DNA of 64,000 nucleotides from assembly GCF_018350175.1 (NCBI RefSeq), contig NC_058368.1, positions 88,228,001 to 88,292,000 of the forward strand. Reading direction: 5' to 3'. Under the pieces are notes generated by a model. It did no database searches, was not told the DNA's origin, and worked only from the letters and a program-made list of their open reading frames with translations. Every line of letters begins with the position of its first letter. The first letter of the stretch is position 1. Positions 49,845-62,690 of the stretch are shown piece by piece. Position numbers and translations under genes: made by a program. Source of the DNA: Felis catus. Lineage: Eukaryota.

Positions 49845-50390
49845 GATTTCTGGTTCAACATGTAAAGAGTTGGATGTCATTACTACATCTTTACATCAAG
49901 AAAGAGCTGAACAAACTGAAAATTAACAGCTCTTCCTAGATCTTCAGAGATCTGAGGTCACAGGGAATACTGCTACCCCCAACTCCAAGTCTGAGGTGAA
50001 TCAAGAGACCCAGATCCCTGCACTGGGAGACATATTGGGGCCAGACTCACAAGCTGACACACTGCCAGTCACAGGGCAAGGTTAATGTGGGAGATGAAGC
50101 TCTAAAGGGCCCACGTTTACTTCTGGGAGTTCATCAGGATTTCAGGATGAAGATCAGAGAAGATTCCCATCTTCTCTGTGGGAGATGAAGCTCTAAAGGG
50201 CCCACGTTTACTTCTGGGAGTTCATCAGGATTTCAGGATGAAGATCAGAGAAGATTCCCATCCTTGTATCAGGGCATGGGGAAGGAGGCCCATGTATCAG
50301 GGCATGGGGAATGATGCATCCTGTGTTAGACTCTGACATGGTCAGCAGTGAGATATCTCCAAATCTCACACTGAAGGCCAGCTGACCTCA
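49845..50390 (+). mobile_element. Old L1M-type 5' end remnant containing recent tandem duplications
   Basis: ttctggttcaacatgtaaagag...gctgaacaaactgaaaat...ctgaggtcacaggg resembles L1M 5'-end consensus sequences. Confidence 0.55.
50086..50262. repeat. Perfect 86-bp direct duplication (period 91)
   Basis: 50086-50171 is identical to 50177-50262, with a 5-bp ttctc spacer. Confidence 0.97.
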
Positions 50391-51536
50391 GGAGGATGGA
50401 AGAAACAGAGGAACAAATTAATGACATAGAAGACAGAGTAATGGAAAGCAATGAAGCTTAAAAAAAGAGAGAGAAAAAAGAATCATGAAAAATTAGAATG
50501 GATTTAGGGAACTCAGTGACTCCATCAAACATAATAACATTTATATTATCCTGGAAGAGAGAGTAATGGGGCAAAAAATTTATTTGAAGAAATAATTGCT
50601 GAAAACTTCCATAATCTGAGGAAGGAAACAAATATCCAGATCCAGGAGGAACAGAGAACACCTAACAAAATCAAAAAAAGCAGACCCACACCAAGACATA
50701 TTGTAATTAAATTAACAAAATATAGTGATAAAGAAAAAAATTAAAAGTAATAAGACTGAGGAAGACAGTTACATACAAGGGAAACCCTATAAGGCTATCA
50801 GGGAATTTCTCAACAGAAACTTGTCAAGTCAGAAGGGAGTAGCATGATATATTCAACGAGCTGATTGGAAACATATGTAGCTGAGAATTTATCCACCAAG
50901 GGTATCATTCAGAAGAGAAGGAGAGATGAAGAGTTTCCCAGAAAAACAAAAACTAAAGGAGTTTGTGACCATTAAACCAGCTCTTCAAGAAAAATTAAAG
51001 GGGGCTCTTTGAGTGGGCAGGAGAGACCTAAAGTGACAATATAAATGCAAGAAGCACAAAAGCAAGAAAAATGACTATTTCTGTAAAAATCAGTCAAGAG
51101 ACTCACAAAAATGTATAAAAAATATAATAACATATACTTAAAACATGGGGAAGAGAAGGAGAAAAGAATAGGTTCAAACTTAAATGATCGTCAACTTAAT
51201 GTAGACTGGTATATGTAGAAGATGTTATTTATAAACCTAATGATAACCAAAAGTCAAAAACAACTAATAAATATGCAATGATTAAAGAGAAAGAAATCCA
51301 AATATATTACTAAAGAAAACCAGAAAACCATGAAAGAGAAAGAGAAGAAAGGATCAGAAAAAAAAAATCATCAGAAACAACCACAAAGCAAGTAATAAAG
51401 TAGCAAAAAATACATAGCTATCAATAAGTACTTGATATGTAAGTGGACTAAATGATCCAATCAAAAGACATAGTGTGTCAGAATGGATTAAAAAAACAAG
51501 ACCCATCAATATGCTGCCTACAAGAGAGTCATTTTA

Positions 51537-54500
51537 TTTCATTTCATTTCGTTTCATTTCATTTTTTAAAATGTCTTAGGTTTTCTTTTTCTTTTCTTTT
51601 TTAATTTAATTTTTTAAAATTTACATCCAAATTAGTTATCATATAGTGCAACAATTACTTCAGGAGTAGATTCCTTAGTTCCCCTTACCCATTTAGCCCA
51701 TCCCCCCCTCCCACAATCCCTCCAGTAACCCTCAGTTTGTTCCCCATATTTATGAGTCTCTTCTGTTTTGTCTTCCTCCATGTTTTTCTATTATTTTTGT
51801 TTCCCTTCCCTTGTGTTCATCTGTTTTGTCTCTTAAAGTCCTCATATGAGTGAAGTCATATGATTTTTATCTTTTTCTGACTAATTTCACTTAGCATAAT
51901 ACCCTCCAGTTCCATCCACGTAGTTGGAAATGGCAAGATTTCATTCTTTTTAATTGCTGAGTAATACTCCATTGTATATATATATATATATATACCACTT
52001 CTTCTTTATCCATTCATTCATCAATGGACATTTGGGCTCTTTCCATACTTTGGCTATTGTTGATAGTGCTGCTATAAACATGGGGGTGCATGTGTCCCTT
52101 CAAAACAGCACACCTGTATCCCATGGATAAATGCCTAGTAGTGCAATTACTGGGTCATAGTGTAGTTCTATTTTTAGTTTTTTGAGGAACCTCCATACTG
52201 TTTTCCAGAGTGGTTGCACCAGCTTGCATTCCCACCAACAATGTAAAAGAGATCCTCTTTCTCCGCATCCTTGCCAACATCTGTTGTTGTCTGAGTTGTT
52301 AATGTTAGCCATTCTGACAAGTGTAAGGTGGTATCTCATGGTGGTTTTGATTTGTATTTCCCTGATGATGAATGATGTTGAGCATTTTTTCATGTGTCTG
52401 TTGGTCATCTGGACGTCTTCCTTGGAGAAGTGTCTATTCATGTCTTTTGCCCATTTCTTCACTGGATTGTTTTTTGGGTGTTGAGTTTGATAACTTCTTT
52501 ATAGATTTTGGATACTAACCCTTTATCTGATATGTCATTTGCAAATGTCTTCTCCTATTCTGTCAGTTGCCTTTTAGTTTTGATGATTGTTTCATTTGCT
52601 GTGCAGAAGCTTTTTATTTTGATGAGGTCCCAGTAGTTAATTTTTGCTTTTGTTTCCCTTGCCTCTGGAGACATGTTGAGTAAGAAGTTGCTGCAGCCAA
52701 GATCATAGAGGTTTTTGCCTGCTTTCTCCTTGAGGATTTTGATGGCTTCCTATCTTACATTTAGGTCTTTCATTCATTTTGAGTTTATTTTTGTGTATGG
52801 TGTAAGAAAGTGGTCCAGGTTCATTCTTCTGCATGTTGCTGTCCAGTTTTCCCAGCACCACTTGCTGAAGAGACTGTCTTTATTCCATTGGATATTTTTT
52901 CCTGCTTTGTCAAAGATTAGTTGGCCATATGTTTGTGGGTCCATTTCTGGGTTCTCTATTCTGTTCCACTGATCTGAGTGTCTGTTCTTGTGTCAGTACC
53001 ATACTGTCTTGATGATTACAGCTTTGTAGTATAGCTGTAGTATATACGATTGTAATGCCTCCTGCTTTGGTTTTCTTTTTCAAGATTGCTTTGGCTATTC
53101 GGAGTCTTTTCTGGTTCCATACAAATTTTAGGATTATTATATCTCTGTGAAGAATGCTGGCGTTACTTTGATAGGGATTGCATCGAATATGTAGATTGCT
53201 TGGGTAGTATCAACATTTTAACAATATTTGTTCTTCCTATCCAGAAGCATGGAACCTTTTCCCATTTTTTTGTGTTTTGTCAATTTCTTTCATAAGCTTT
53301 CTATAGTTTTCAGTGTACAGACTTTTCCCTTCTTTGGTTAGATTTATTCCTAGGTATTTTATGATTTTTTGTGCAACTGTAAATGGGATCAATTCCTTGA
53401 TTTCTCTTTCTGTCACTTCATTGTTGGTGTATGGGAAGGCAACCAATTTCTGTGCATTGACTTTATATCCTGCAACTTTGCTGAATTGATTAATCAATTC
53501 TAGCAGTTTTTTGGTGGAATCTTTTGGATTTTCCATATAGAGTATCATACCATCTGCGAAGAGTGGAAGTTTGACCTCCTCCTGGCTGATTTGGATGCCT
53601 TTTATTTCTTTGTGTTGTCTGATTGCAGAGGCTAAGACTTCCAATACTATGCAGAATAACAGTGGTGAGAGTGGACATCCCTGTCTTTGTCCTGACCTTA
53701 GGGTGAAAGCTGTCAGTTTTTCCCCATTGAGGATGGTTTTAGCAGTGATTCATTCATGTATGGCTTTTATGATCTCAAGGTATGATACTTGTATTCCTAC
53801 TTTCTTGAGGGCTTTTATCAAGAAAAGATGCTATATTTTGTCAAATGCTTTCTCTGCATCCATTGAGGGGATATATGGTTCTTGTCCTTTCTTTTATCAC
53901 GTTACTGTTTTGTGGATCAGCCCTGCATCCCAGGTATAAATCCCACTTGGTCATGGTGAATATTTTTTTTAATGTATTGTTGGATCCAGTTAGCTAATAT
54001 CTTGTTGGGAATTTTTGCATCTCTGTCCATCAGGGAAATTGGTCTATAGTTCTTTTTAGTGGGGTCTCTGTCTGGGTTTGGAATCAAGATAATGCTGGCC
54101 TTATAGAATGAGTTTGGAAATTTTCCTTCCATTTCTATTTTTTGGAACAGCTTCAAGAGAATAGGTGTTAACTCTTCCTTAAATGTTTGGTAGAATTCCC
54201 CTGGAAAGCCATCTGGCTCTGGACTCTTGTTTTTTTGGGAGATTTTTGATTACTAATTCAATTTCCGTACTGGTTATGGGTCTGTTCAAATTTTCTATTT
54301 CTTCCTGTTTTAGTTTTGGTAGTGTATATGTTTCTAGGAATTTGTCCATTTCTTCCAGATTGCCCATTTTATTGGCATATATTTGCTCATAATATTCTCT
54401 TATTATTGCTTTTTTTCTGCTGTTTTGGTTGTGATCTCTCCTCTTTCATTCTTGATTTTATTTATTTGGGTTCTTTCCTTTTTCTTTTTGGTCAAACTGG

Positions 54501-55742
54501 CTACTGGTTTATCAAGTTTGTTAATTCTTTCAAGGAACCAGCTTCTGATTTCATTGATCTGTTCTGTTTTTGTTATTTGTTTTGTTTCGATAGCATTAAT
54601 TTCTGTTCTAATCTTTATTATTTCTTGTCTTCTTCTGGCTTTGGGTTTTATTTGCTGTTCTTTTTCCAGATTTTTAAGGCATAAAGTTAGGTTGTGTATC
54701 TGAGATCTTTCTTCCTTCTGTAGGAAGGCCTGGATTGCTATATACTTTCCTCTTTTTTTTTTTTAATTTTTTTTAACATTTATTTATTTTTGAGACAGAG
54801 AGAGACAGAACATGAACGGGGGAGGGGCAGAGAGAGAGGGAGACACAGAATCGGAAACAGGCTCCAGGCTCTGAGCCATCAGCCCAGAGCCTGACGCGGG
54901 GCTCGAACTCACAGACCGCGAGATCGTGACCTGGCTGAAGTCAGACGCTTAACCGACTGCGCCACCCAGGCGCCCCTATACTTTCTTCTTAAGACTGCCT
55001 TTGCTGAATCCAAGAGGTTTTGGGTTGTGGTGTTATCATTTTCATTGACTTCCATATACTTTTTAATTTCCTCTTTAACTGCTTGGATAGCTCATTCATT
55101 CTTTAGTAGGATGTTCTTCAGTCTCCAAGTATTTGTTACTCTTCCAAATTTTTTCTTGTGGTTGATTTCGAGTTTCATAGCGTTGTGGGCTGAAAATGTG
55201 TACAGTATGATCTTGATCTTTTTGTACTCGCTGAGGGCTGATTTGTGTCGCAGTATATGGTCTATTCTAGAGAATGTTCGCTGTGCACTGGAGAAGAATG
55301 TATATTCTGCTGCTTTAGGATGAAATGTTCTGAATATATGTTAAGTCCATCTGGTCCAGTGTGTCATTCAAAGTCATTGTTTCCTTCTTAATTTTTTGAT
55401 TAAATGATCTGTCCATTGCTGTGAGTGGGGTGTTGAAGTCTCCTACTATTATGGTATTACTATCAATGAGTTTCTTTATGTTTGTGATTAACTGATTTAT
55501 ATATTTGGGAGCTCTCACATTTGGCACATAAATGTTTACAATTGTTAGGTATTCTTGATGGATAGACCCCTTGATTATGACATAATGCCCTTCTGTATCT
55601 CTTGATACAGTCTTTATTTTAAAATCTAGATTGTATGATAGAAGTATGGCAACTCTGGCTTTCTTTTGTTGACCACTAGCATGATAGATGGTTCTCCATC
55701 CCCTTATTTTCAATCTGAAGATGTCTTTAGGTCTAAAGTGGG
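51537..55742 (-). mobile_element. 5'-truncated felid L1 (~4.2 kb) inserted antisense into another L1
   Basis: ORF2 fragments 52100-55713; A-rich tail 51537-51620; 18-bp TSD tacaagaga(g/c)tcatttta at 51519-51536 and 55743-55760. Confidence 0.96.
54755..54976 (-). mobile_element. Young SINEC_Fc
   Basis: TSD tatactttc(c/t)tctt (54741-54754 and 54977-54990). Confidence 0.97.
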
Positions 55743-58308
55743 TACAAGAGACTCATTTTAGACCTAAAACTACCTGCATGTTGAAAGAGAGGGAGTGAAG
55801 AAACATTTATCATGCAAAGGGATGTCAAAAGACAGCCAGGGTAACAATAATTATATCATACAAAATAGACATTAAAACGAAGAGTGTAACAAGAGACAAA
55901 GAAGAGTATTATATAATAATAAAGGGGAGAATCCAACAAGATCTGACAATTGTAAATATTTATGCCACCGATTTGTAATACCCAAGTATATAAAATAATA
56001 CCAAACATAAAAGAACTCATTGATAATAATACAATAGTAGTAGAGGACTTTAACACCCCACTTACAACAATGGACAGATCATCTAAGCAGAAAATCAACA
56101 TGGAAACAATGGATTTGAATGACATACTGGACCAGATGGAATTAATATATTGAGAACATTCCATTCATCCTAAAGCAGCAGAATACACATTCTTTCCAAG
56201 TGCACATGGGACATTCTCCAGAATGGATCACATAGTAGGTCTCAAATCAGCCCTCAAAAAGATTGAAATCATGCCCTGCATCTTTTCTGACCACAACACT
56301 CTCAAAATTGAAGTCAAGCAGAAAGAAAAAAAATCTGGAAAGACCAAAAACACAAGGTTAAACAATGTGCTGCTAAATAATGAATGTGTCGACCAGGAAA
56401 TAAAAGAAGAAATAAAAAGTACACAGAAACAAATGAATATGAAAACACAGTGTTCCAAAACCTTTGGGATGCAGCAAGGGTGATCTTAAGAGGGGCGTAT
56501 ATAGCAATACAGGTCTACCTCAAAAAGCAAGAAAAATTCAAATATGAAACCTAACCTTATACCTAGTCGAACTTGAAAAAGAATCACAAATGAAGCCTAA
56601 AACCAGCAGAAGGAAGGAAATAATAAACATTAGAGCAGACACATGATATGGAAACTAAAACAACAGGAAAACAATAATAGAACAGATCAATGAAACCAGC
56701 AGCTTGTTCTTTCAAAAAATTAATAAAATTGATAAACCTCTAGCAGACTCAACAAAAAGAAAAGAGAAAGGACCCAAATAAATAAAATCATAAAGGAGAT
56801 AGGAGAAATAACAACCAACACAGAACTATAAACAGAAAATATTATGAAAAACTATATGCCAACAAATTGGGCAACCTGTAAGGAATGGATAAATTCCTAG
56901 AAACATATAAATAACCAAAACTGAAATGGGAAGATACAAAACTTGAGAAGACCAATAACCAGCAAATAAATTGAATCGGTAACAAAAAATCTCCCAATAA
57001 ATAAAAGTCCAGGGCCAGATGGTTTCCCAGGTGAATTATAACAGGGATTTAAAGAAGAATTAATACAATTGTCTTCTTAAACGATTCCAAAAAGTAGAAA
57101 ATGAAAGAAACTTCCAAATTCATTTTATGAAGCCAGCATTACCCTGACACAAAACCAGATAAAGACTCCATTAAAAAAGAATTACAGGCCAATATCCCTG
57201 ATGAACACAGAGGCAAAAATTCTCCATAAAATGCTAGAAGATTGAATCCAACCATACATTAAAAAATCATTCACTGTGATCAAGTGGGATTTATTCCTGG
57301 GTTGGAAACATGGTTCAACATTAGCAAATCACTCAGTGTGATAAACCGCATTGATAAAAGCAAGGATAAAAACCACAGGATCCTTTCAATAGATGAAGAA
57401 AGAGCCTTTGACAAAGTACAACATCCATTCATGATAAAAAAAAAACCTCTCAACAAAGTAGGTTTAGAGGAAATATACCTAACATAATAAAGGCCATCTA
57501 GCTAACATCACCCTCAATGAGAAAAAACCGAGAGCCTTTCCTCTACAGTCAGGAACAAGCCAAGGATATCCACTCTCATCACTGTTATTTAACATAGTAC
57601 TCAAAGTCCTAGCCTCAGCAGACAACAAAAAGAAATAAAAGACATCCAAGTCAGCAAGGAAGAAGTCAAACTTTCAGTATTGCAGATGACATAATACTAT
57701 GTAAAGAAAACCTGAAAGACTCCACCAAAAAACTGCTAGAACTGATAAACAAGTTGAGTAAAGTTACAGGATACAAAATCAATGTACAGCAGTCTGTTGC
57801 ATTTCTATACACCAATAATGAAGCAGCAGAAAGAGAAATTAAGGAATCAATCCTATTTACAATTATACCAAAACATTAAGATATTTAGGAATAAACCTTA
57901 TGAAAGAGGTAAAAATATCTGTGCTCTGAGAACTATAACACTGATGAAAGAAATGGAAGATGACACAAAGAAATGGGAAAACATTTCTTGCTCATGAAAG
58001 AATATATATAGTTAAAATGTCTATACTTCTCAAAGAACCAACACTAATCCTTCTTAAACTCTTCCTAAAATTTGAAGAGGGAACACGCCCAAACTCATTC
58101 TTGAGGTCAGCATCACCCTGATTCCAAATCCAGACAATGGGTTTTTCCCCAGAAAACAACAGTATCCCTCATAAATACTGATGCAAAAATCATCAAAAAA
58201 AATAGCAAAATGAATTCAATAGCACATGAAAAGGATTATACAACATGACCAAGTGAGATTTATTCCTGGAATGCAAAGATAGCTCAACATTCAAAAACCA
58301 ATCAATGT

Positions 58309-58493
58309 GGGGTGCGTGGGTGGCTCAGTCGGTTGGGTGTCCAACTTCAGCTTAGGTCACGATCTCAACACTCGTGAGTTGGAGCCTTGCACTGGGCTTT
58401 GTGCTGACAGCTCAGATTCTGTGTCTCTGTCTCTCTCTGCCCCTCCTACCCCCTCTCTCTCAAAAATAAATAATAATTAAAAATGTTTTTAAA
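58309..58493 (+). mobile_element. Can-SINE
   Basis: ggggtgcgtgggtggctcagtcgg head; TSD aatcaatgt. Confidence 0.93.
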
Positions 58494-58631
58494 AATCAAT
58501 GTAATAATGACATTAACAGAATGTGGATGAAAGCCACATAATTATCTTGGTGCAGAAAAGCTTTTGACAAAATCCAACACCCTTTCATGGTAAAAACATT
58601 CAACAAGTTAGGAATAGAAGGGAGCTTCATT

Positions 58632-58843
58632 GGGTGGCTGGGTGGCTCAGGTGGTTAAGTGTACAACTCTGGATTTTGGCTCAGGTCATGATCTCAGTTT
58701 GTGAAATTGAACCCTGTGTCGGGTTCCATGCCAATTGCTGGCAGTGCAGAGCCTGCTTGGGATTCTCTCTCTCCTTTTGTCTCTGCCCCTCCCCTACTTG
58801 TGCTCTCTTCATCTCTCTCAAAATAAACAAACTTAAAAAAAAA
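58632..58843 (+). mobile_element. Can-SINE (older subfamily)
   Basis: gggtggctgggtggctcagg head, CT tract and A-tail. Confidence 0.92.
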
Positions 58844-60885
58844 GAAGGGAACTGCCAAAAAAAGGCCATATGATAAACCCAAGCAAACATACTCAATGGT
58901 GAAAGACTGAAAGCAGTTCATCTAAGATCAGGAACAAAACAAGGATACCCACTTTTGCCACTTCTATTCTAACCTTATGCTGGAAGTCCTGGCCAGGGAA
59001 GTTAGCTAGAAAAGAAATAAAAGGTATATAAAGTGGAAAAGAAGAAATAAAATTATCTCTGCTCATAAACATGAATTTCTGTGTAGAGAATTTTAAAGAT
59101 TCCACAAAAAACACTTATTAGAATACATGAATCAGGAAAGTTGCAAGAGACAAAACCAATAGAAATCATTCACGTTTATATACACTAACAATGAATAAAA
59201 AGGAAGTTAACAAAAACAATTCCATATACAATACTATCAACAAGAATAAAATACTTCAAATTAACTTACCCTAGAGGTGGAAAACTTGTACACTGAAAAG
59301 CACACAACACTGCTGGAAGAAATTAAAGAAGTACCAATAAATGGAAAGGCATCCCATGCTCATGCACTGGGTGCATAATGTGGTTAAGTTGTAAATATGA
59401 CCCAAAGCAATCTACGGACTCAACACCATCCCTATCAAAATTCCAATGGTATTGGTTGCAGAAATTAAAAATTCATCCCAAAATTCATATGGAGAAAAGC
59501 TTCCATGATATTGGTTTTGGTAATGCTTTCTTGGATATGACACCAAAAGCACATGAAACAAAAGCAAAAACAGACAAGAAGGAACTACATGAAACTTAAA
59601 AACTGTGCATCAAAGGACATAACCAACATAGTTGGAAACCTATAGAATGGGAAAAAAATATTGGCAAATTATATATCTGGTAAGAAATTAATATCTAAAA
59701 TATATAAAGAATTCCTATAATTCAACAACAAAGACACAAATAACCTTATTTTAAATATCAGCTAAAGACTTGAATAGACATTTCTCCAAAGACATATCTC
59801 CAAAGATATACAAATGGCCAACAAGCACATGAAAAAATGCTCAACATAATTAGTCATTAGAGGAATGCAAATTAAAAATAATGAAGTGTTACCACACACC
59901 CATTAGAATGTCTACTATCAAAAAAATAGAAAACAACAATGTTGATAAGGATGTGGACAAATTGGAACCCTCATGCACTGTTGGTATGAATGTAAAATGG
60001 TGCGGCTATGGTGGAAAACAGTATGGAAGTTCCCCCAAAATTTGTAAAACTACCCTATGGCCCAGCAATTCCACTTCAGCGTATATACCCCCCAAAATTG
60101 AAGGCAGAGTCTTGAAGAGATATTGGCACATGTATGTTCATAGCAGCAATATTCACAATATCCAAGAGGTGGAAGCAACATGAATGTCCATTGGCGGATG
60201 GATGAATGGGCAGATGTGGTAAATACATTCAATGGAATATTATTCCACCCAAAAAAGTAAGGAAATTTTGACATATGCTACAACATGGATGAACCTTGAG
60301 AACACTGTGAAAAGAAGCTGGCCACAAAAGGACAAAGACAGTAGGATTCCACTTAAATGAGCCTAGAACAGTCACACTCATAGAAGTGGAACAGTAGAAT
60401 GCGCATTTCTAGATGGGGAAGAGGCAATGGGGAGTTATTGTTTAATTGGCACAGAGTTTCAGTTTTGCAAGATGAAAATAGTTCTGGAGATGGATGGTAG
60501 GAATGGATGCACAACAGTGTGAATGTACTTAATGCCACTGAAATATACACTAAAAATGGTTAAAATGTTAAGTTTTATGTTGTGTGTGAGTTTGTTTCTC
60601 CACCAGAAAAAGAAAAATTAAAAGGACAGTCTACAGAATGGGAGAAAATATTTGAAAATTACATGTCTTATAATGGATTAATATCCAGAAGGTATAATGA
60701 GCTCCTACAACTCTACACCAAAAACCAAATGACCAAATCAAAAATGGGCAATGGCCTTGAACAGATATTTTTCCAAAGAAATGGCCATAAACACACGAAA
60801 ATATGTCAACATCACTCATCATCAGAAATGCAAAACACGAGATACCACTCTACACACTTTAGAGTGGCTATTATAAAATAATCAG

Positions 60886-61093
60886 GGGGTGCCCAGGTGG
60901 CTCAGTTGGTTGATGTCCCACTCTTGATTTTGGCTCAGGTCATGATCCCACAGTCATGGGATTGAGCCATGCTTCGAGCTCCACACTGAATGTGGAGACT
61001 GCTTGGGATTCTCCCTCTCTTTCCACCTGGTCCCTGACTCATGCTCTCTCTCTCAAAATAAAATAAAATAAAATAAAATAAAATAAAATAAAA
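60886..61093 (+). mobile_element. Can-SINE with (AAAAT)n tail
   Basis: ggggtgcccaggtggctcag head and an (aaaat)n tail. Confidence 0.93.
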
Positions 61094-61733
61094 TCGGAAA
61101 AGTACAGGTGCTGGCAAGGATGTGGAGAAATTGGACCCCTCATGCACTGTTGTTGAGGACGTGAAATGGTCCAGCTGCCCAGGGAAAATAGTTTGGGTAG
61201 TTCGTCCCAAAACTAAATATAGAATTACCATATGACCCAATAATTGTACTTGTGGGCATATATACAAAAGAACTGAAAGCAGGACTCAAACAAATATTTG
61301 TATACAAATGTGCACAGTGGTATTTTCCTCAGTAGACAAGACGTGGAAGCAAACCAAATGTCCACCTGCAGATGAATGGATACAGGAAATGTAGCATATA
61401 CATATACTGGAATATTATTTGCTCTGGAAAAGGAATTAAGTTCTGGTACACATTACATAGATGAACCCTGGAGATATGCTGAGTGACATAAGCCTGATGC
61501 AAAAGGACAGTGTGTCGTCGGACTTACATGGGGAGAGTAGAATAGGATAGTTCATGGTGACAGGACTTGGGATGGTAGTTGTCAGGGGCTGGGGGTGGCG
61601 CACTGTATAGGAGTTATTGCTTAATGGAAGAAGGAAACATCCTGGACATGTATAGTGGTGATGGATGTCCAACAATGTAAATTCACTTAATGCCACTGAA
61701 GTCATTGTATGCTTAAAAATGGCTAAAATGGTA

Positions 61734-61966
61734 GGGGCACCTGGGTGGCTCAGTCAGTTGGGCGTCTGACTTTGGCTCAGGTCATGATCTCACAGTCTGT
61801 GAGTTTGAGTCCCACGTCAGGCTCTGTGCTGACAGCTCAGAGCCTGGAGCCTGCTTCCGATTCCGTGTCTCCCTCTCTCTCTGCCCCTCCCCTTCTCATG
61901 TTCTGTCTCTCTCTGACTCAAAAATAAATAAAAATATTTTTAAAAATTTAAAAAAATTTAAATTTA
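61734..61966 (+). mobile_element. Can-SINE (SINEC_Fc-like)
   Basis: 19-bp TSD aaaaatggc(t/a)aaaatggta. Confidence 0.96.
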
Positions 61967-62104
61967 AAAAATGGCAAAAATGGTAAATGTTATGTAATGT
62001 GTATTTACCACAATTAAAAAAAACAGTTTAAAGACAAAACAGTAAGTGAAAACATTAGTCTTGGAGAACATAACCAAGACATCATAAAAGTTTGGCTCCA
62101 GAAT

Positions 62105-62302
62105 TTTTTTTTTTAACGTGAAATTTATGGTCAAATTGGTTTCCATACAATACCCAGTGCTCATCCCAACAGGTGCCCTTCTCAATACCCATCACCCACC
62201 CTCCCCTCCCTCCCACCCCCCATCAACCCTCAGTTTATTCTCAGTTTTTAAGAGTCTCTTATGGTTTGGCTCCCTCCCTCTCTAACTTTTTTTTTCCTTC
62301 CC
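62105..62302 (-). mobile_element. Very short felid L1 3' UTR insertion
   Basis: gaaatttatggtcaaattggtttccatacaatacccagtgctcatc, same family as the 19.3 kb and 38.9 kb 3' ends. Confidence 0.93.
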
Positions 62303-62659
62303 AAAATTCTTTTAAACATTGGTTGGAGAAGCTTCTCAATGTATGTTCTCTGTAGATTCCCTGCGGATGTGACCGGAATGCCACCTGGATCACAAGTGCC
62401 TTCCCTGTACGGGGCCCTGCTATGGACACCCTGTGGGCCCGCTAGCCCGTGGTCACCCCCACCTTTTCTCTTCCACCCCCGGCTGGAGTGTCTCGCCAGC
62501 CGCTCAGCTCTTCTGTTGTCCCTTCCACACTCTCTCTACTGGTTATCCTATTTTCCTCGTGATTTCAACATCAGAGATTCTAGTTTCCATGGTGATGTCT
62601 TGAGAGGTTTTGTCTCTTTCTAGTCTTTTTGCATTTTTTCCAGTTTGCATTTTTGGCTC

Positions 62660-62690
<31 letters not shown>

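Larger units (their letters stand above)
50392..58030 (+). mobile_element. Carnivore L1 (part of ORF1, spacer, ORF2 5' part), lacking both ends and split by an antisense L1
   Basis: ORF1 motifs 50400-51010; EN start ~51420; CCLQE|THFRPK interrupted at 51536 and resumed at 55743; RT region to ~58030. Confidence 0.9.
58030..60585 (+). mobile_element. Older L1 (L1M-type) ORF2 3' half and 3' UTR, with internal deletion
   Basis: atccttcttaaactcttc...gaagagggaacac...aactcattc restarts ORF2; ends ...aatgccactgaa...aaaatggttaaaatg. Confidence 0.85.
60610..62025 (+). mobile_element. Older L1 3' fragment interrupted by two SINEs
   Basis: acagaatgggagaaaatatttg...gctggcaaggatgtggagaaattgga...aatgccactgaa...tgtatttaccacaattaaaaaaa. 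Confidence 0.85.

Noticed and set aside
19861..61966. tRNA genes
   Set aside because: The tRNA-like A/B-box heads belong to Can-SINEs, which have CT tracts, A-tails and TSDs
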